A DNA stretch of 64,000 bases from Protoeuglena noctilucae (taxonomy: Eukaryota), in contig OY253673.1 of assembly GCA_958009085.1 (NCBI GenBank), forward strand, positions 744,001-808,000, written 5' to 3'. Shown one piece after another: positions 24,522 through 38,158 of the stretch. How positions within the stretch are numbered: position 1 is the stretch's first letter; every line of letters begins with the position of its first letter. Made by a program: the position numbers and the translations under genes. The notes below the pieces were generated by a model. That model had not been told where the DNA came from. It worked only from the letters and a program-made list of their open reading frames with translations, and ran no database searches.

Positions 24522-25596
24522 ATGCCCGCGATCGGCCTGACTGCTGCACCTTGCGTGTGCCGCTCCCAGGTGAGCAGGGGGCTGTATGCGGCCCAGTTTC
24601 AGCTGCCTTCCTTTGCATCTGTCTCCCGCAAATCGCTTGGCTCTGCCGCACCGTGCGAAGGCCCTCCCAGCCCTCGCGCAAGGTGCCGGGAGTCAACAGT
24701 CTCGACCCTACCCGCGCCTGTCCAGGCTGTGGGGTCACTCTCCGCGCTGCCCACTTCGAATTTTGCTATCCTACGCGCGGGTGCTTGTAAGCGCCTGCCC
24801 GCCGCTCTCTCTCGCCATAAAACGCCCGCTCTCCGGTCCCCGCAGGCGGCTTGGGCGCGGCCGGCGCGGCGGGCGGTTCTGAGGGCGCACGCGCCGCGTC
24901 AAGTGGTAGCGAGGGCGCATGCGGAGGCCCAGGAGACGGCCGGCACGGGCGCCGAGCAGGCGTCCAGCTCCGGAAGCAGCGTCAATCAGTACCGCCTCAA
25001 CTTCCTTTGGATGGAGCGGAACGTGGCCGTCTCGGGTGCGTTGCGTCCGCTGTTATGATCGACACATTTATGGCGCTCGTCCAACCGCCCCCGTCCGCCG
25101 CGGAAGGGTGTTCTCAGTCTGCGGCGCCCCGCCCGCTGCCGGGTGCAACAGCGACAAGGCATTGGGTTCGATCCCTCGCAGTGGACCAGGTGTTGCCGTC
25201 CGGCGTCGTGACGCCGCTCACCGAGTACTTTTTCTGGCCGCGGAAGGACGCGTGGGAGGAGCTCAAGGCGGCGTTAGAGCGCAAGGGGTGGATACCCGAG
25301 CGCGACCGGGTGGTCCTCCTCAACCGGGCCACGGGTGAGAGGCGATCACTAACTCACCGGAGAGTGCATTGCAATACGCGGTCGAGTGCATGCAATGTCC
25401 GTGACTGTCATTGTCATACGGCCATATGACCAATGCCGGCGACATCACGTACCATGGTACGAGGTGGGCTAAAGCAAAGCAGTCGTGTTCCTCGCTGCCT
25501 GCAGAGGTGATCAACTACTGGCAGGACGACGAGAGCAGTCACACGGTCGAGGATGCCAGGAAGCGGTTCCCCGACTGCACCTTCGCGGGGGCATAG
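24522..25596 (+). CDS. PSRP3: Plastid-specific ribosomal protein 3 / Ycf65 with transit peptide
   Basis: [74 protein letters not shown]. Confidence 0.92.
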
Positions 25597-26144
25597 GTCG
25601 CCAATGCTTGGTCCCGACAAGTGGCCAATGCTTGGTACCAAGGCTTGGCCAATACTCGGCCCTATGAGTGGCTACTGCTTGACCCCACCAAGTGGCTGCT
25701 GCTCAATCCCGTCAAGTGGCCCGAAATATCTTACTGCTTGCCACTGCTCGACCCCGACAGGCTGGCTTCTTGCACAACAACGTGCATGGCCGGCTCATGC
25801 TGTTTTCTGTACCTGTGACGCCGAGTCTCGGCTGTCAACTCGACACAAAGCCTCAACCCGGTTTGAAGCATCACGGTTTTAAAGGGCGGCCAGCCGCAGT
25901 CAGACGCTAGCATTTGACGACAGCGTCACAGACAGTTAATGCTAACGAACAGCGTCGGAGTGGGTCAGGCCCTTGACAGGGCACCAAAGGGTATGTCGAA
26001 GCGGGGCAAGTCAGGCTGAGGAACGGGGTGACGTCACGAAGAGCGCGCTCGCCCGCAGGCGGGCAAGCAGCAGCTCGCCGAAAACACAAAACACACGCCA
26101 GATGTCGGCCCTGGTCGGTGGTGCGTCGCATGTACGCTGCCCGC

Positions 26145-27753
26145 CTAGGCGACGGCGGGTGTCGGCTTCCCAGCCCTGCTCATCCACCGCTTGTAGAAGA
26201 CGGGGAAGATTGCCGCGAGCATCATGACGACCATGCCGAGGACGGTGGCCGGGGAGTAGAGGTCCTTCATCTGCTTGATGCTCGCGATGGTGCTCCCGGC
26301 CTTGACCAGGAGGAGGTTGCCCGGGAAGAGCCCAGCGAAGGTGGCAATCGTGTACGTTGTGAAGGGTACCCTGCGTGCGAGAGGCGGGGGTGGGGTAGCT
26401 TGGCAGGGATCGTGATGTGCTGTGCTGGACTATGCAGTGGGTGGGTACGGGCGCCAGAAGTCGAAACGTGCTGTGTCAGCAAGTGGGGTGCTCTGGCCAT
26501 GGTACGCACCCGACGATGGGGGAGGCGAGGTTGATGAAGAAGTTGGGCGCGACGGGGGACATGCGTATGGCGACGATGTAGCTGGCGAGGTCGGTGCGGT
26601 TGTGGGCGACGGTCGCCGAGAACTGCGTCAGCTGTCGTGGCCAGAGGGAGTGGGCCAGGTCCACCAGGAGCCACGCGGCGAGGCCGTAGGCGATGCAGGA
26701 CCCCAGCGTAGAGCACGCCTGCACGACGGCGAAGGCGCTCCAGAAGGGCAGCAGGGACCCGGCCATGGGGTTGAGGAACAGCACGCCTGGGATCATGAAG
26801 GACTGCATGACTAAATAAAAGGCGACGAAGAAGGACGTGACGCGGCCGGGGGCCACGGACTGGAGCACCGACAGCACCGCCTGCATCTCCTGGGCGTCGT
26901 GGAGCGAACGGGGGAGGCGGAGGAGCGACCCGCGGCGGAGGGCGGTGGCGGCGCGCAACGCGAGGGCCTCGCGGGCGGGGTCAGGGACGGTGTCGAGGAG
27001 TTCGGGAGCGGCGGCGCGGAGGGCCGCGTCGGTCTCCCCCGGGGGCCCGGGCGGCAGGAGGCCCCCGGCGCGTGCCAGGCGGACCTCGAGGGACAAGCGC
27101 GCCGCGAGTGGGAGGTCGTCGGCGGTGGGGAGGGAGCGCGCGAGGGCCCAGACGCCGAGGCAGGAGAGGAGGAAGAGGGCGAGGACGGCCGCGAGGGACG
27201 CGGCGAGGTGGGTGGCGTGGAAGCGCCGCTTGCGCCGCGCCGCCTCGGCTGCTGGGACGGCGAGGTACTTGGGGAAGCCCAGGACGCGGCGGGGGCGGAC
27301 GTCCTGTGGCAGAGAGGGATGAGGGAGGTGAGTGGTCGGGAGCCTTGGAGGGTGGAAGGATGGTCGCAAGCGGGTGCAGTGGCTGGGGCGGCTCACCTCG
27401 ACGGCGAGGGAGCGCAGCCAGAAGGAGGCGGCCGGGGCGGAGGGCGATGCGGTGTCGTCGCTGGACAAGCTGCCGTCCTCCGCCGCGTCCGGGTAGGGCG
27501 CGCCCTCCACGTCAACGGTGGCGTCCGTGCCCTGGCTCGACTTGCCGACCTTGCGGGCCAGGATGCTGGGGCCGGGGGGGTCGCGGGCGGCTCCCGACGC
27601 CAGCGCTGAGTTGTCTCGACGCAGTAACCCCCCCGCGGAGGGGCCGTGGGTCGGCGCGACGCGGTACGCGGAGCTCTGCCCTGCCTCCAGCTCCGAGGCC
27701 GCGTGCTGGCGCGGCGAAGCTGCTGTGCAGGCCCGGCCGGCCAGCCACCGCAT
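26145..27753 (-). CDS. VTT/DedA (SNARE-associated Golgi, TMEM41-like) membrane protein
   Basis: YLVMQSFMIPGVLFLNPMAGSL...CSTLGSCIAYGLA...YIVAIRMSPVAPNFFINLASPIV-GVPFTTYTIATFAGLFPG. The start may extend upstream to about 28052. Confidence 0.85.
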
Positions 27754-28845
27754 CAGGAACCCGCCCTGCGCCTTGCCGGCTGCGCGCGGTGTCCGGGGCG
27801 ACGCCGGATGCCGCAGCACGGCCTCGCTCGGGTGCAGCTCCCTGGGGCCAAGACACGTGCTGGGTCGCTGCGGCGCGCGGGCTCGCGACCGGCGCCCCGC
27901 GGCGATTGCAAATGTGTCCTCACCTTCCACTCGCGCTGCCCCAGGTCACGTCTTCCTCGCCCGCCCGTCCCCTTGCGCTCGTGGGGCGCCCGGAATGTCG
28001 CCCGAGATGGCCGCCCAGGCCCCATCCGGGCCCAGTGCGGTTGGTCCTGCATCGAGAGGATAGTGGGAAATTCAAGTCTAGATCCCCGCGAGCCGCCCTC
28101 GCCGGCCCCCGGGGCGCCAGGCCCCCCGTCGTCGCCCAAGTTGGGCACGTGTGCCGCGGGCGCGCCGGGCTCACCCGCTGTCAACATGCGGGTAGCCACG
28201 CTCCCTCTGCTCAACGTATGAGACGTTGGGCCGCACGCTCGGGCCTGGCGGCTCGTCCTGGCCTCCCCAGCCTCTGCCCAACATCTCCTGGAAACCCCCG
28301 CGGCGATCCGCCACGGCGCCTTAGGTGCCGAGGTCTGAATGCGACGCTTAGCACAAAGCGCTGTTCTACTGCGAGACAGAAAATCGAGGGGAAAGGGTTT
28401 ACGCATTTACGCAGCCACCACATTTGTGATAGCGGGACAGGTTTGCATGGGCAGCGGGCACGCCAACTGATGGCACGGCTCCATCAAGCGTGCGATGAGA
28501 AAGCTCTGCGGTGAGCCAGGCCCCGCAGCCCTATTCACATAAGCAACGCGGCCCGCCCCACGGCATGGGGCGGCGTGGGGCGGGTCCGACGACAGCATTC
28601 CCGTCGAATTATTCAAACGCAATTACGAGCAGCATGAGGAGCGGTCACCTTCTTGGGAAATAAAGGCCAGGGACAGAAGCTGCACTCGTCCTGAATGACT
28701 TAAAAGCCATACGCCAGCCTGCCGCGCGCAGTCAAGCGTCAACATCCACATGTACACGGCTTCACGCTCGGGCGCGGACGGACGTGGTGGCAACCTAAAA
28801 TCTGGCGTGCCGCACGACACTTGCAAGCGACTTCTCCCGCTGCTC

Positions 28846-31800
28846 TCACGCGGCGACCGGGAATGCCGTCTCCAAGCACCCGACAGGCACCCACCCGCGG
28901 ACCGCCTGCAAGCGGGGCGGGACCGGGAACGATGGCAGATGGCAGACCTCTCCGCGCGACGCTGTGCGTGGGATGCTATCCCACGCATGGCTGGTCTCAC
29001 CAGCACCACCTTCGCGAGAGCCGTTACTTCCTCGGCCCCGCTGGATCCTGCAGCGGACGCCCAGTCCTGCAGCGTGTCGGCCAGCTTGGTGCAGAGCGCA
29101 GCACCTGCGCCCTGCCACTCTGCGTGCAATTTGCAGGAAGCCACGGTGACCACAGCCCACCTCCGCGCATCGCCAGCGCCTCGCTGCCGGTCTCACCCGA
29201 GGTCCGCAGCAGCTGCACCAGCGCCCCCGCCAGCAGCGGCTCCCCCGCGACGCCGACGGACGCGCGGCACGCCGCGTGCGCCTCGAGAGGAGCCAGCGTC
29301 AGGGCGCCGAGCGCGGCGCACGCGAACATCGCCACGGCGATCATGCCGCCCCGCCGCTCGCTCGCGTCCTTCGCCCGCAGCAACGCCGCCAAATCCACCA
29401 CTGTCTGCTGCTGAGAGGCCAGCGGCAGACCCGAAACGGCGAGGCCCAGCCAGGACAGGACCTCCGCGCCCGCCCCGCCCCGCACCACGGCCCGCGTGGT
29501 GGCAGACAGCACGTCTGGCCCCAGCGCGCCCGCCCACACCAGCACGGCCGAGCAGAAGGCCGCGGCGCCCGCACCCGGGGCGCCCGCGCTCCCCCGCACG
29601 CACGCCGCCAGCAGCGGCGCCAGCGCCGGTGCCGGCAGACGGAGCGTCGCCTGGGCCACCGCTCCCCACAGCTCCCTGTGAGGCGCGCTGGCAGGCCTGG
29701 GTGCGCTGCTGGTGTCCTGTGACCCGTCAGGATCAAGCAGACTCGCCAAAGTGTCGGGAGGCGTCCGGCACAATCCCCCCGGGCCGGGCTGTGCGGCGCC
29801 GCGCGCTGCAGTGGCAGCGGCGATCCACACCCCAGGGTCCGCGGGGGGCAAGGCGAGCAGGGCTGGGGAGGAGAGGGCTTTGATGAAGGCATCCACGGCG
29901 GGGGACGTAGAGGGGTGCGTCACGGCAGCCATCCCCTGCAAGAGCGCCACCAATGCCTCGGTCCCTGTGCCTGGGTCCGTGGGCGGTGCAGGTGCGAGGG
30001 CGAGGTGGAGGGCTGCGGTGTAGAGATCACCGGCTGTGGAGGATGCTTGGGTGGCGGCGATGGCGGGCACAGCCCTGCGGGGAGGGACAGGGGCAAGGTG
30101 CATAGCCGTGATAAGTGCTGAGTGCAGATGAGCGTATGATCGTGCTTACTAGGCAGCTGCGAGCCTCGCCTGATGAGGGCAGAGACGGCGCGACGTGACA
30201 GGCCCGATTTGTACGGGTCCGACGCCAGAATCTCCTGCACCGCCGCCAGGCAACCGAGGCGGAGGTCCTTGCTGCGAAGGGGGCACACGCTGGTGTGATC
30301 GCATCACGCATGTGTAAGGCTCATGGCTAGCCAACCATTGAGCATCAATCTATTCCCAATAGGTGGTGGCTTCAGTCACAAAATCTGTATGCCACTGAAA
30401 CTGCACAGGCCCTCACCTGTGGGGCACCAGAACCCCAATGCAGGCCTCCTGAAGGGTCTCGCTCGCAGCGGTGCACTGCGCCAACCGCAGCACCGCCGGC
30501 CCGAGGCTCAGCGCAGGGAGCTTCCCGGCAGCCGCCGCGGCGCCCAGGCAAGCGCAAAGGAGCGGGCCCGAGTGCGCCCCGCCTGCCGCCGCCGCCAGTC
30601 GGAGGTCTGGCGCCGACGCGATTGCCAAGACATGACTCAGGGTGGCGTGCAGAAAACTTGACTCCTTGAGACCCCGGAGAGGCGCGGGGGGTGGAAAGCC
30701 CGCCCCTGCGCCCTCCTGCGCCGCTGCACTGATAGCGGTACTGTCCCCACTGCCGCCATCGTTGTCGCTGTCGGGCCCCGCAATCAACGCTACCGCTGCA
30801 CGCAGCCCCGCGCACACGCACGCGAGGGACCGGGCGGCCATCGCCGCATCCGCCGCGTCGCAGTGGACATCCCCAGCGGCGCCCGCAGCGGCCCGGCCGG
30901 CGGTGGGAGGGAGCACGTTGGTGGGCGTGGCGGCCTCCAGCCCCGCCGTCCGCACCAGCGCCAGCAGCGCGGCGCGGCACAGCGCCGGCCCCACGCCCGC
31001 GTCCGCGCAGAGCAGCAGCGGCCGGGCGAGGAGCGCGCCGCGCGTCTCATCCGCGCCCGCCTCCGCGCCCACTCCGCCCACCCCCACTGTTGACCCGCCT
31101 CCCCCCACGCGCGCCCACGGCACGACGCCCAGCCGGTGCGTCCCGGTCAGCAGCAGGCTGATGCCGGCAGCCGCGGCGGATCGGTCGAGCGGGCCGCAGA
31201 CGCGGGGCAGTGGGGCGCCCGAGTCTGGGACAAGACATGCGGTGGGGCTGCCTGCGTTCGACTGCCCCATCAGCAGCCTCCAGAGGTCGCTGCTGGTCGA
31301 GGCGGAATGAGGGGAATCTCCCAGGTCCTCGTCTGCGGCCTGGCGACTCTGGGCTGCGATGGTCTTGCGGTACGCAGCCACAGCTGAGGGCGCCAGGTCC
31401 CCACTGCCGACCCACTGGCTCCGGTTGAGCATCGACGCTGACAGGGACACGATCAGAGAGACCTTGTCTGCGCGCAGTGGAGAGAACGGCACGTGCATGT
31501 CACTGTACTGCGGACAGCAAGGTAAGCAACAGCCACAACGCAGCACGCAACCACCACCCCGCACCTGTGGACAAGGGTGCCCCTGTAGACAGCGCAGCCG
31601 CCGCCACAGCCGAAGCTGCCAGGAGGACTCGCGACAGCACACGCTCGGGCAACCCAGGCCCCTGCAGCGACCCACGCGCCAGGACGGCGCAGAGCTGGCC
31701 CAGCAAGTCCCCTCCCGACGCCTCCGCCAGCCCCGCCCGCTGCGCCAGCGTGAGCCAGCACGCTGCCTCCAACTCCACCATTCCGCCGACCAAGGCTTGC

Positions 31801-34800
31801 TCAATCGGCCCCGACAGGCGTGGCACAGACGACGCCCCACCCACCGTCGCCCACTCCCCCAGCCTCCTCTCCACCGCTCCCCGGGACGCCCGCATCACCC
31901 GCAACAGCGATGGCTCGGCCGCAGTCGCTTCCACGGCACCGCCACCCCCCGGGCGTGCCACCTCCACATCTGCCGCAGCCGCGCAGGTTGCCACCCCCGT
32001 CATCACCGCCCCCAGCAGCGCTGCACGGTCATCGGGGGCGAGCGGCAGCGCGTCTGATCCCGACCCAGCCCCGTTGCCCCACTCCACGCAGACACCCCAT
32101 TCGCGGGGCAGTGCGGTGGCGACCGGTGCCAGGCATTCTTTCCATAGTGCCTGTCCCGAGGGCCCCAATGCAGCCGCGGCGGCGTCGAGCAGCGCGGCCC
32201 AGCACTCCGCGGCGAGGGAGGCGTACTTTGCCGCGAGGCGAGCCCCTGCGACCCTCTGGGTCCCTCTGGCCGCCCCGCACACCTGGCCCAATGCCACCGC
32301 CGCCACCCCACGCACCGACAGGGCCTGGTCGGGGGAGCGCAGCGCCGCGGCGTAGGCGCGAACGGCGGACTCGAGAACGGGCAAGTCGGGGGCGGGCATG
32401 TGGGAGAGGGCGAAAGCCGCGGCGGCGAGGGCCGGGCCGGTGGCAGTCGGCAGTGCCGACGCTGCACAGAGGCGAGAGGACTGCGAGGGGAGGGGCAGGG
32501 AGCAGTGAGTCATGTCGAATGAGATGGCGAGAGATAGAAGAAGCACGCTGAGGCAGGGCTGTGACGGAGCAGCGGTGCACGGAGGCACGGAGCGGGGTCG
32601 CACATCAAGCACAACAAAGCGGTGCGTAGCCACTACCATGTCACCTCCAGCAGCCCTTCGACCGTCTCCTGCCCCACCGCGACGTCGAACTTGCCCGCCA
32701 CGGCCCCAAACGACCCCAGCAGGCCAAGCGAGTTGCACGCCATCCGCGCCCCCGCACGCGCCTCAACCCGACACTCCCACACAGCTGCGGATGGCCCCGG
32801 CTGAGCTACCCCCGCGTCCCCGCCTTCCGCGCCCATCGCTGCCTTCGCCAGATCGCGCAGGAAGCGAGCCAGGCTGCGGCAACAGTCCGCCTCGACACCT
32901 GCCAAGTCACCGCCATCCGCACCCGCGCCCGCATTGGGAACGTGCAGCAACACGCGAGTTGGTGCTGCGCGCCCCTCCGCCCCCGCCCCACCCTCCGCCC
33001 GCACCGTCACGGCCAGTGCCCTGGGCCACAGCGCCCGAGGGCGGCCGGCAACCCCACTGAGCTGAGCACCCGGTGGCCCCGCCTGTTCGGCCATGCTGTG
33101 CCGCACGTGGGCTGCCATGGCAGAGACGAGGCGCTCCAGGATGGGGCGCAGGCACACCAAACACTGCTGCACGGCCTCCGGTGGAGAAGAGAAGTGCAAG
33201 AGGGCGCTGTCCTGCGAGCCAAGGTTGGAAGCGACCGCTTGCAGATGACCATGGCGCATGCAGGGTGGCACGCGGCACATCTGTTGCCACTTCAATCAAC
33301 AAGTAACGATCACATTCACCGCACGTGTCACTGCAAGACGTCACCCCACGAGAACATCCCTCCTCCCTCACCAGCGACACGGCCTCCACCAGCGCCCCCA
33401 CATACGCCAGAAACGCCCCCGTCGCCCGGGCGTCCGAATCCTCCCTGGGCCAATTCCCGGGCGCCACCGCGTCCAGCGCGTCCCTCGCCTCCCGGGGCCC
33501 CACCCGCAAACAACCCCGCCCCTCCAATCCCACCGCATGCGTTGCCACGCTGGCAGCACCGCCACCGCCCCGGCCAGCCAGGGCGCGCGGGAGCCCGCCG
33601 GTCAAAAACGCCACCGTCGGGTTGTCCTCCGCCAGCCGCAGCGCCCCCGCAAGGCGCCCGCCCTTCCCCGCCCCGGGCCCCCGGGTCCGCCCTTCAAATC
33701 TCAGCACCGTCACGATTAACGGCTCCAGTGCCTTCCGCACCCGCGGGTCCTCCTCCGATGCCAGGAGATGGAAGATCTCGGATCCGGGGCGCATGCAGCA
33801 CTGCTGCTCCATCAGCGCCGGGTCTGCGGGGGCCGATGCGGGGAGGAGGGTGCTGCGTGAGTGGTGGTAAAAAAGTGGTGGTAAAAAAGGTGTGAGGTGT
33901 GCGTGACATGAAAGCAAAGAGATCGGTTCGGCAACATACACGAGACGCAACAAGCAAAGCACATACATGTGCAAGGGCAGGGTTGTGCACTGGGCGAGCA
34001 GGGGCGTATGCAGGTCATCGGCGGGGCTGCAGGCGCCATCATGACGCACCGTACTGGGCCAGGCACGCGGCCGCGGCGGCCCGGACGGCCGCGTCGGTGT
34101 GCGCAGTGGCCCTCCACAAAAGCCTCAGCACGAGGCCGGCTTGGTCCGGGTGCAGGTGGGCGTCATAAGACCCACACCGCAGGAGGCTGACCCAGGCCGC
34201 AGCCAGGCGAGGGTGAGACGGGAGGTCCGGGAAAACGTCGAGGACGGCCCTGCGGAGTAAATAGAACGCAACAGGTCATTGGCAGTGAGTATAGAGGTGC
34301 GAGACAGACAGGCAAGATGAGTAAGGTCGCCAATTTTCTCCGACGCTCTGATCAGGCTCTGCGCCCGCATCTACGCCCATCTCGTCGCTTTCTCGTTGAT
34401 ATCGAACTCATTCATGCGCAGCGTCACCTGACGGACTTGAAGAAGTCGAGGCAGTCCTGGTCGCACAGCGTGGCGACCGTCTCCAAAGCGAGGGCGGCCA
34501 CGTAAGGGTGCGGGTCATGGAGCGCACTCTGCAGCGCGGGAAGCAGGTCCAGGCCCCGACCGCCGTCCTCCGCGCAGATGTCTCGCACGCACAGAGCACG
34601 GGTGAGCCTGGAAACCGCGAAGAGAGGGCTACTAGTCTGACGCAGTATAGCGCGGCAGCAGGCCCCCCCGCGACGCATCCGGCGGTTTACATGGATCGCA
34701 GTGCCTGTCTGCGCTTGCCTGAGAGACAGCGGGTCCGAGTGCAGCTCCATCGGGGCACGGTCGCCCAGCAGGATGGGGAACACGGAGCGCCACGACGCCT

Positions 34801-37735
34801 TCCCCACGTTCCACATCGCCGCCAGCACCCGCAGCGCGCAGGGCCTGCGAAAAGGAAGTTGGGAAGACTAACGAATCAGCGAGCGTCACTCCGACTGCAT
34901 TGCTGCCCTACGCGACACGCCCGACATTGCACCGCACGCACTGTGGTCCAATGAGGACGTCCCAACTGAGCCCCCGGTTGCATTACTGACGGAGCAACTC
35001 CTCACCGCACCACAGCGGCGACCTTCTCGTCCAGACCCGCCCCCATTGTCAGGGGCACGAGCGCTTGGATGGCCAGGTCGGTGGCCGAGGGATGAACACA
35101 CAGCGAGGGGACAAGGTGGAGCAGAGACACCGCGCAGAGGGCCGCGTCTTGCGCCTTGCGGCTATCGTCCCTGCGACCAAGGAGCTTGCGCTAGCAGAAT
35201 TGGAGCGACCGGCATCGATCCAGCACCAGTTGGGCAGCACTGTCGAGGCCGACCATGGTCAAACTGTGTACTAATATACCAAAGCCGTGTCACCTGATAT
35301 CCCTCGCGCTCTCCGCGACGGCCCGCACGCGCCATAGCGCCACGGGCAGGAGTGCCAGCGCCACCCCCCGGAACGTCCCCGCGAAGGGCGCCGCACGCGT
35401 GCCTCGCTGCCGGCCCTGCCTCACGAGCGCCCCCGCGCACCGGCACGCGGCCTCCACCACATCGGGGCACGCGTGGCAGAGGAAGATTCCCAGGACGCTC
35501 TGCGCCTCGTGGAGCTTCGCCAGGACACGATTGGGAGCATCACTTGGGACCTCCATGTCCAAAGCAGTCCTGGCGGCATGGGATGCGCCCTTGGCACCCT
35601 CGGGGCAAGCGAGCCCGTCCCCTGTGAGACAGTTCTCCAGAGACTGCAGGAGACTCACACACTCGTCGCGAGACGCCTTGTCACCCCACGCACCGCCGTC
35701 GCCACCCCACGTGCCGAGCGGCTGCCGCGCCCCCTGCCCCGCCGACAGCACGCACCACACCACTGCGCGCGCCACCTCCCGCGATGCGCCTCCTCCTGCA
35801 GCATGCTCGGCACCCGCCCCACCCTGTGCAATGCTCCCGGCTTTCAGTGCCTCGCAAAGGGACCGCAACGCAGCGATCGCTGCGACCTTGGCATCCCCGG
35901 GCGGCAGCAGCGAGGCCGACTGCACGACAGGAGAGACGAGAGAAAAGACGTTTGGCCCATCGAGCGCGATGGCGGTCTTGTCCCCAGACCGGGCAAGTGT
36001 CGATGTGGCGGGTGTGCGTGCTTCGTCGCCGTTGCTGCGCTCGCTCTCGGGCGAGAGGTCGCGGGCGACGATTGCATGGAGCACCGCGGCGTCTGCGTCG
36101 CTGGCGGCCAGGGCCATCAGAGCGAGGGTGGGCGCGTGCGGGCGCGTGCAGGACGCATCAACCGCCCTCAGCCGTGCCAGCACTATGGGCCAGGATGACA
36201 GGCCCGTGCCGATGGCCACGCTCTGCGCCGCCGCAGACACGCAAGCGGACGCGAGCTCGCGGGCCCAGGGGGACACGCGGCTCTCTGCGAAGGTGGCAAG
36301 AGGTGCCGGCATGTGTCCGGGATCAGCACGTCAGGTCGCCAGTACATCAGCCGCCTCCACTGTGTGCATCCCACCAGCGCCACGACCGTGCCAGTTCGCG
36401 AAATCAACTGCAAGCACCTCACCTGCCTCGCCGCTCCCTCCTGGGCCCTCCCAGTCATCAGAAAGGCAGTCCACGACGTCAAGGGCGTCCGTGGCAACTG
36501 ACGCACAGAACGCAGCCTCCGCCGGGGCGCTCGGGGAGGCGGGCGGCACGCCCCGCAGCGCATGGGAGAGGAAGCGGGTGAGGAACCGCAGCGCGGGCTC
36601 CGTGGCTGCTGGGTCCACGCACGCGTGGCGGATGAGGGACGCATGCACGGCACGCCGCAGTGCGTCCGGGGCTGGGTTGTGCGCCGAGGCGAGGGGCGCG
36701 AGGTACACCTGCGATGGGTTTGGGGAGGAGGCCGCTCTTTTCTGTTGACAAGCGATGCAGGCGGGAAGGAAGCATATGGTACCTAAGCAGCAAGGGCGCA
36801 GTGTCTGCCGCTCGCCTGTTGCAGGACGGGCTCGATGCCCAGACTCCAGAGACGATCGGCGACCGCATCAGAGGCTTGGCAAACCCCTTGCAGGGTTTCG
36901 TCAAAAGCGGCGACCAGGGAAGGGAGGGCCTCCAGTCGGACGCGCATCGCGGAGAGGAGCGGGTGCGAGCCCCATCCCAGGGACGCGGCGGGGTCGTTGC
37001 GATCGTCGCGGGCGGACTTGGCGGGCTTGGGTGCCGCGGCAGCTTGGGCGAAGGTCGCGGGAGGGCGGGCATCACTGGTCAGCATCGCTTGGAGCTCCAG
37101 GTCGGCGCCGGACAGCGCCGCGGGCGGGGCCTGCACCTCCGGTTGTGCAGCTCGAGATGCAATTACCAAGGTCAGCCGCCCCAGCGCGGCGCAGAGGGGC
37201 GCGGCGCAGGGCAGCGAGCACGACCCGAGGGCGTCGAGCATCGGGCTCGCGCACGCGCGCGGGTCCACGAAATCGGACGCCGCCGCGGATACCGATGCAG
37301 TGCATGCGACTTCCACCACGTCGGCGTGCTGCGAGGACATCGCCTGCCGCACGGCGCTGTCCCAGAGAGGCCGCGCACTCGACCCATGCTTGAGCTGCTC
37401 CACGAGGCCCCCGAACAGCGCGTGCGCTGTGTGCTTCCTGCATTGATGAAGGGTGAGGTCCACGTGAGGTCAAGGCTCCTTTGGCAAGATTCAGAGCAGG
37501 GAGGGGGTCGAAACTTTCTCTGCCAAGGCATGCAAGCGTGCGTGGCCGAGGACGGCTCATCGCCGCGAGATCCGCGCGGAGAGGCAATGATAGGAACGAA
37601 GAAAGCCGCTGGTATCAAGATACGGGTGCGAGGAGCAGACGACGGCGCCTCCTTCGCACGCAAAGTGCCTCACCGCACGGCAGGCACCGGCTCCCCCAGC
37701 CGGCTCGACAGATCGTCCAACCTGGCCCTGTCCAT
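28846..37735 (-). CDS. RST1: RST1/focadhesin-like ARM-repeat protein (DUF3730), many exons
   Basis: ALCVRDICAEDGGRGLDLLPALQSAL...ALALETVATLCDQDCLDFFK matches the RST1/focadhesin core. Long Ala/Leu-rich helical exons. Inferred first exon MDRARLDDLSSRLGEPVPAVR and last exon AVRGWVPVGCLETAFPVAA*. Confidence 0.72.
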
Positions 37736-38158
37736 TTCTAGTATCACAACGGAACAGATGACAAGAGCGCAGCGGCGATGGTGCTCCCGGTAGATCTGCA
37801 GACCACGCAAGCCCTTCTGCAACACGAAGCTACTCGCGCTTTGTCCTTCCCAATGCGATCCCGACTATGTGATGTCAAGGGAACTGCAGGGAGAAACTCA
37901 CTGAGTCCAACGGATGGCCTGGCCCGCCGTTCTTGCCGAGACTGGCGAAGCACGATGTGCGCCAGGGCTGCTGTCAGGCCCTTTCGGTGCCATCCTAGGG
38001 CTTGCGAGCCACCAGTCTCCATGCTGTTGCTCGTATATCACTCGAGGACTGCTTAGCTCGTCTTGACGCATCGGTTGACGACACAACCCTGAGCGCTGCC
38101 CGCCATCTTCAAACCCGCCCTTGCCGAGAGACCCTCGCTGCTCTCAGCTGCGCTGACG

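Noticed and set aside
25164..25176. GGGTTCGATCCC resembling a tRNA T-arm/B-box
   Set aside because: No acceptor, D or anticodon arms can be built, and it lies at the 3' end of a PSRP3 intron.
25597..25765. Spaced repeats as a CRISPR array
   Set aside because: Units are degenerate, have no unique constant-length spacers and no cas genes, and the context is a eukaryotic 3' UTR.
27072..37793. Long plus-strand ORFs (e.g. 27072-28514, 35255-36748, 36660-37793)
   Set aside because: Antisense shadows of GC-rich coding exons, with no recognisable motifs.
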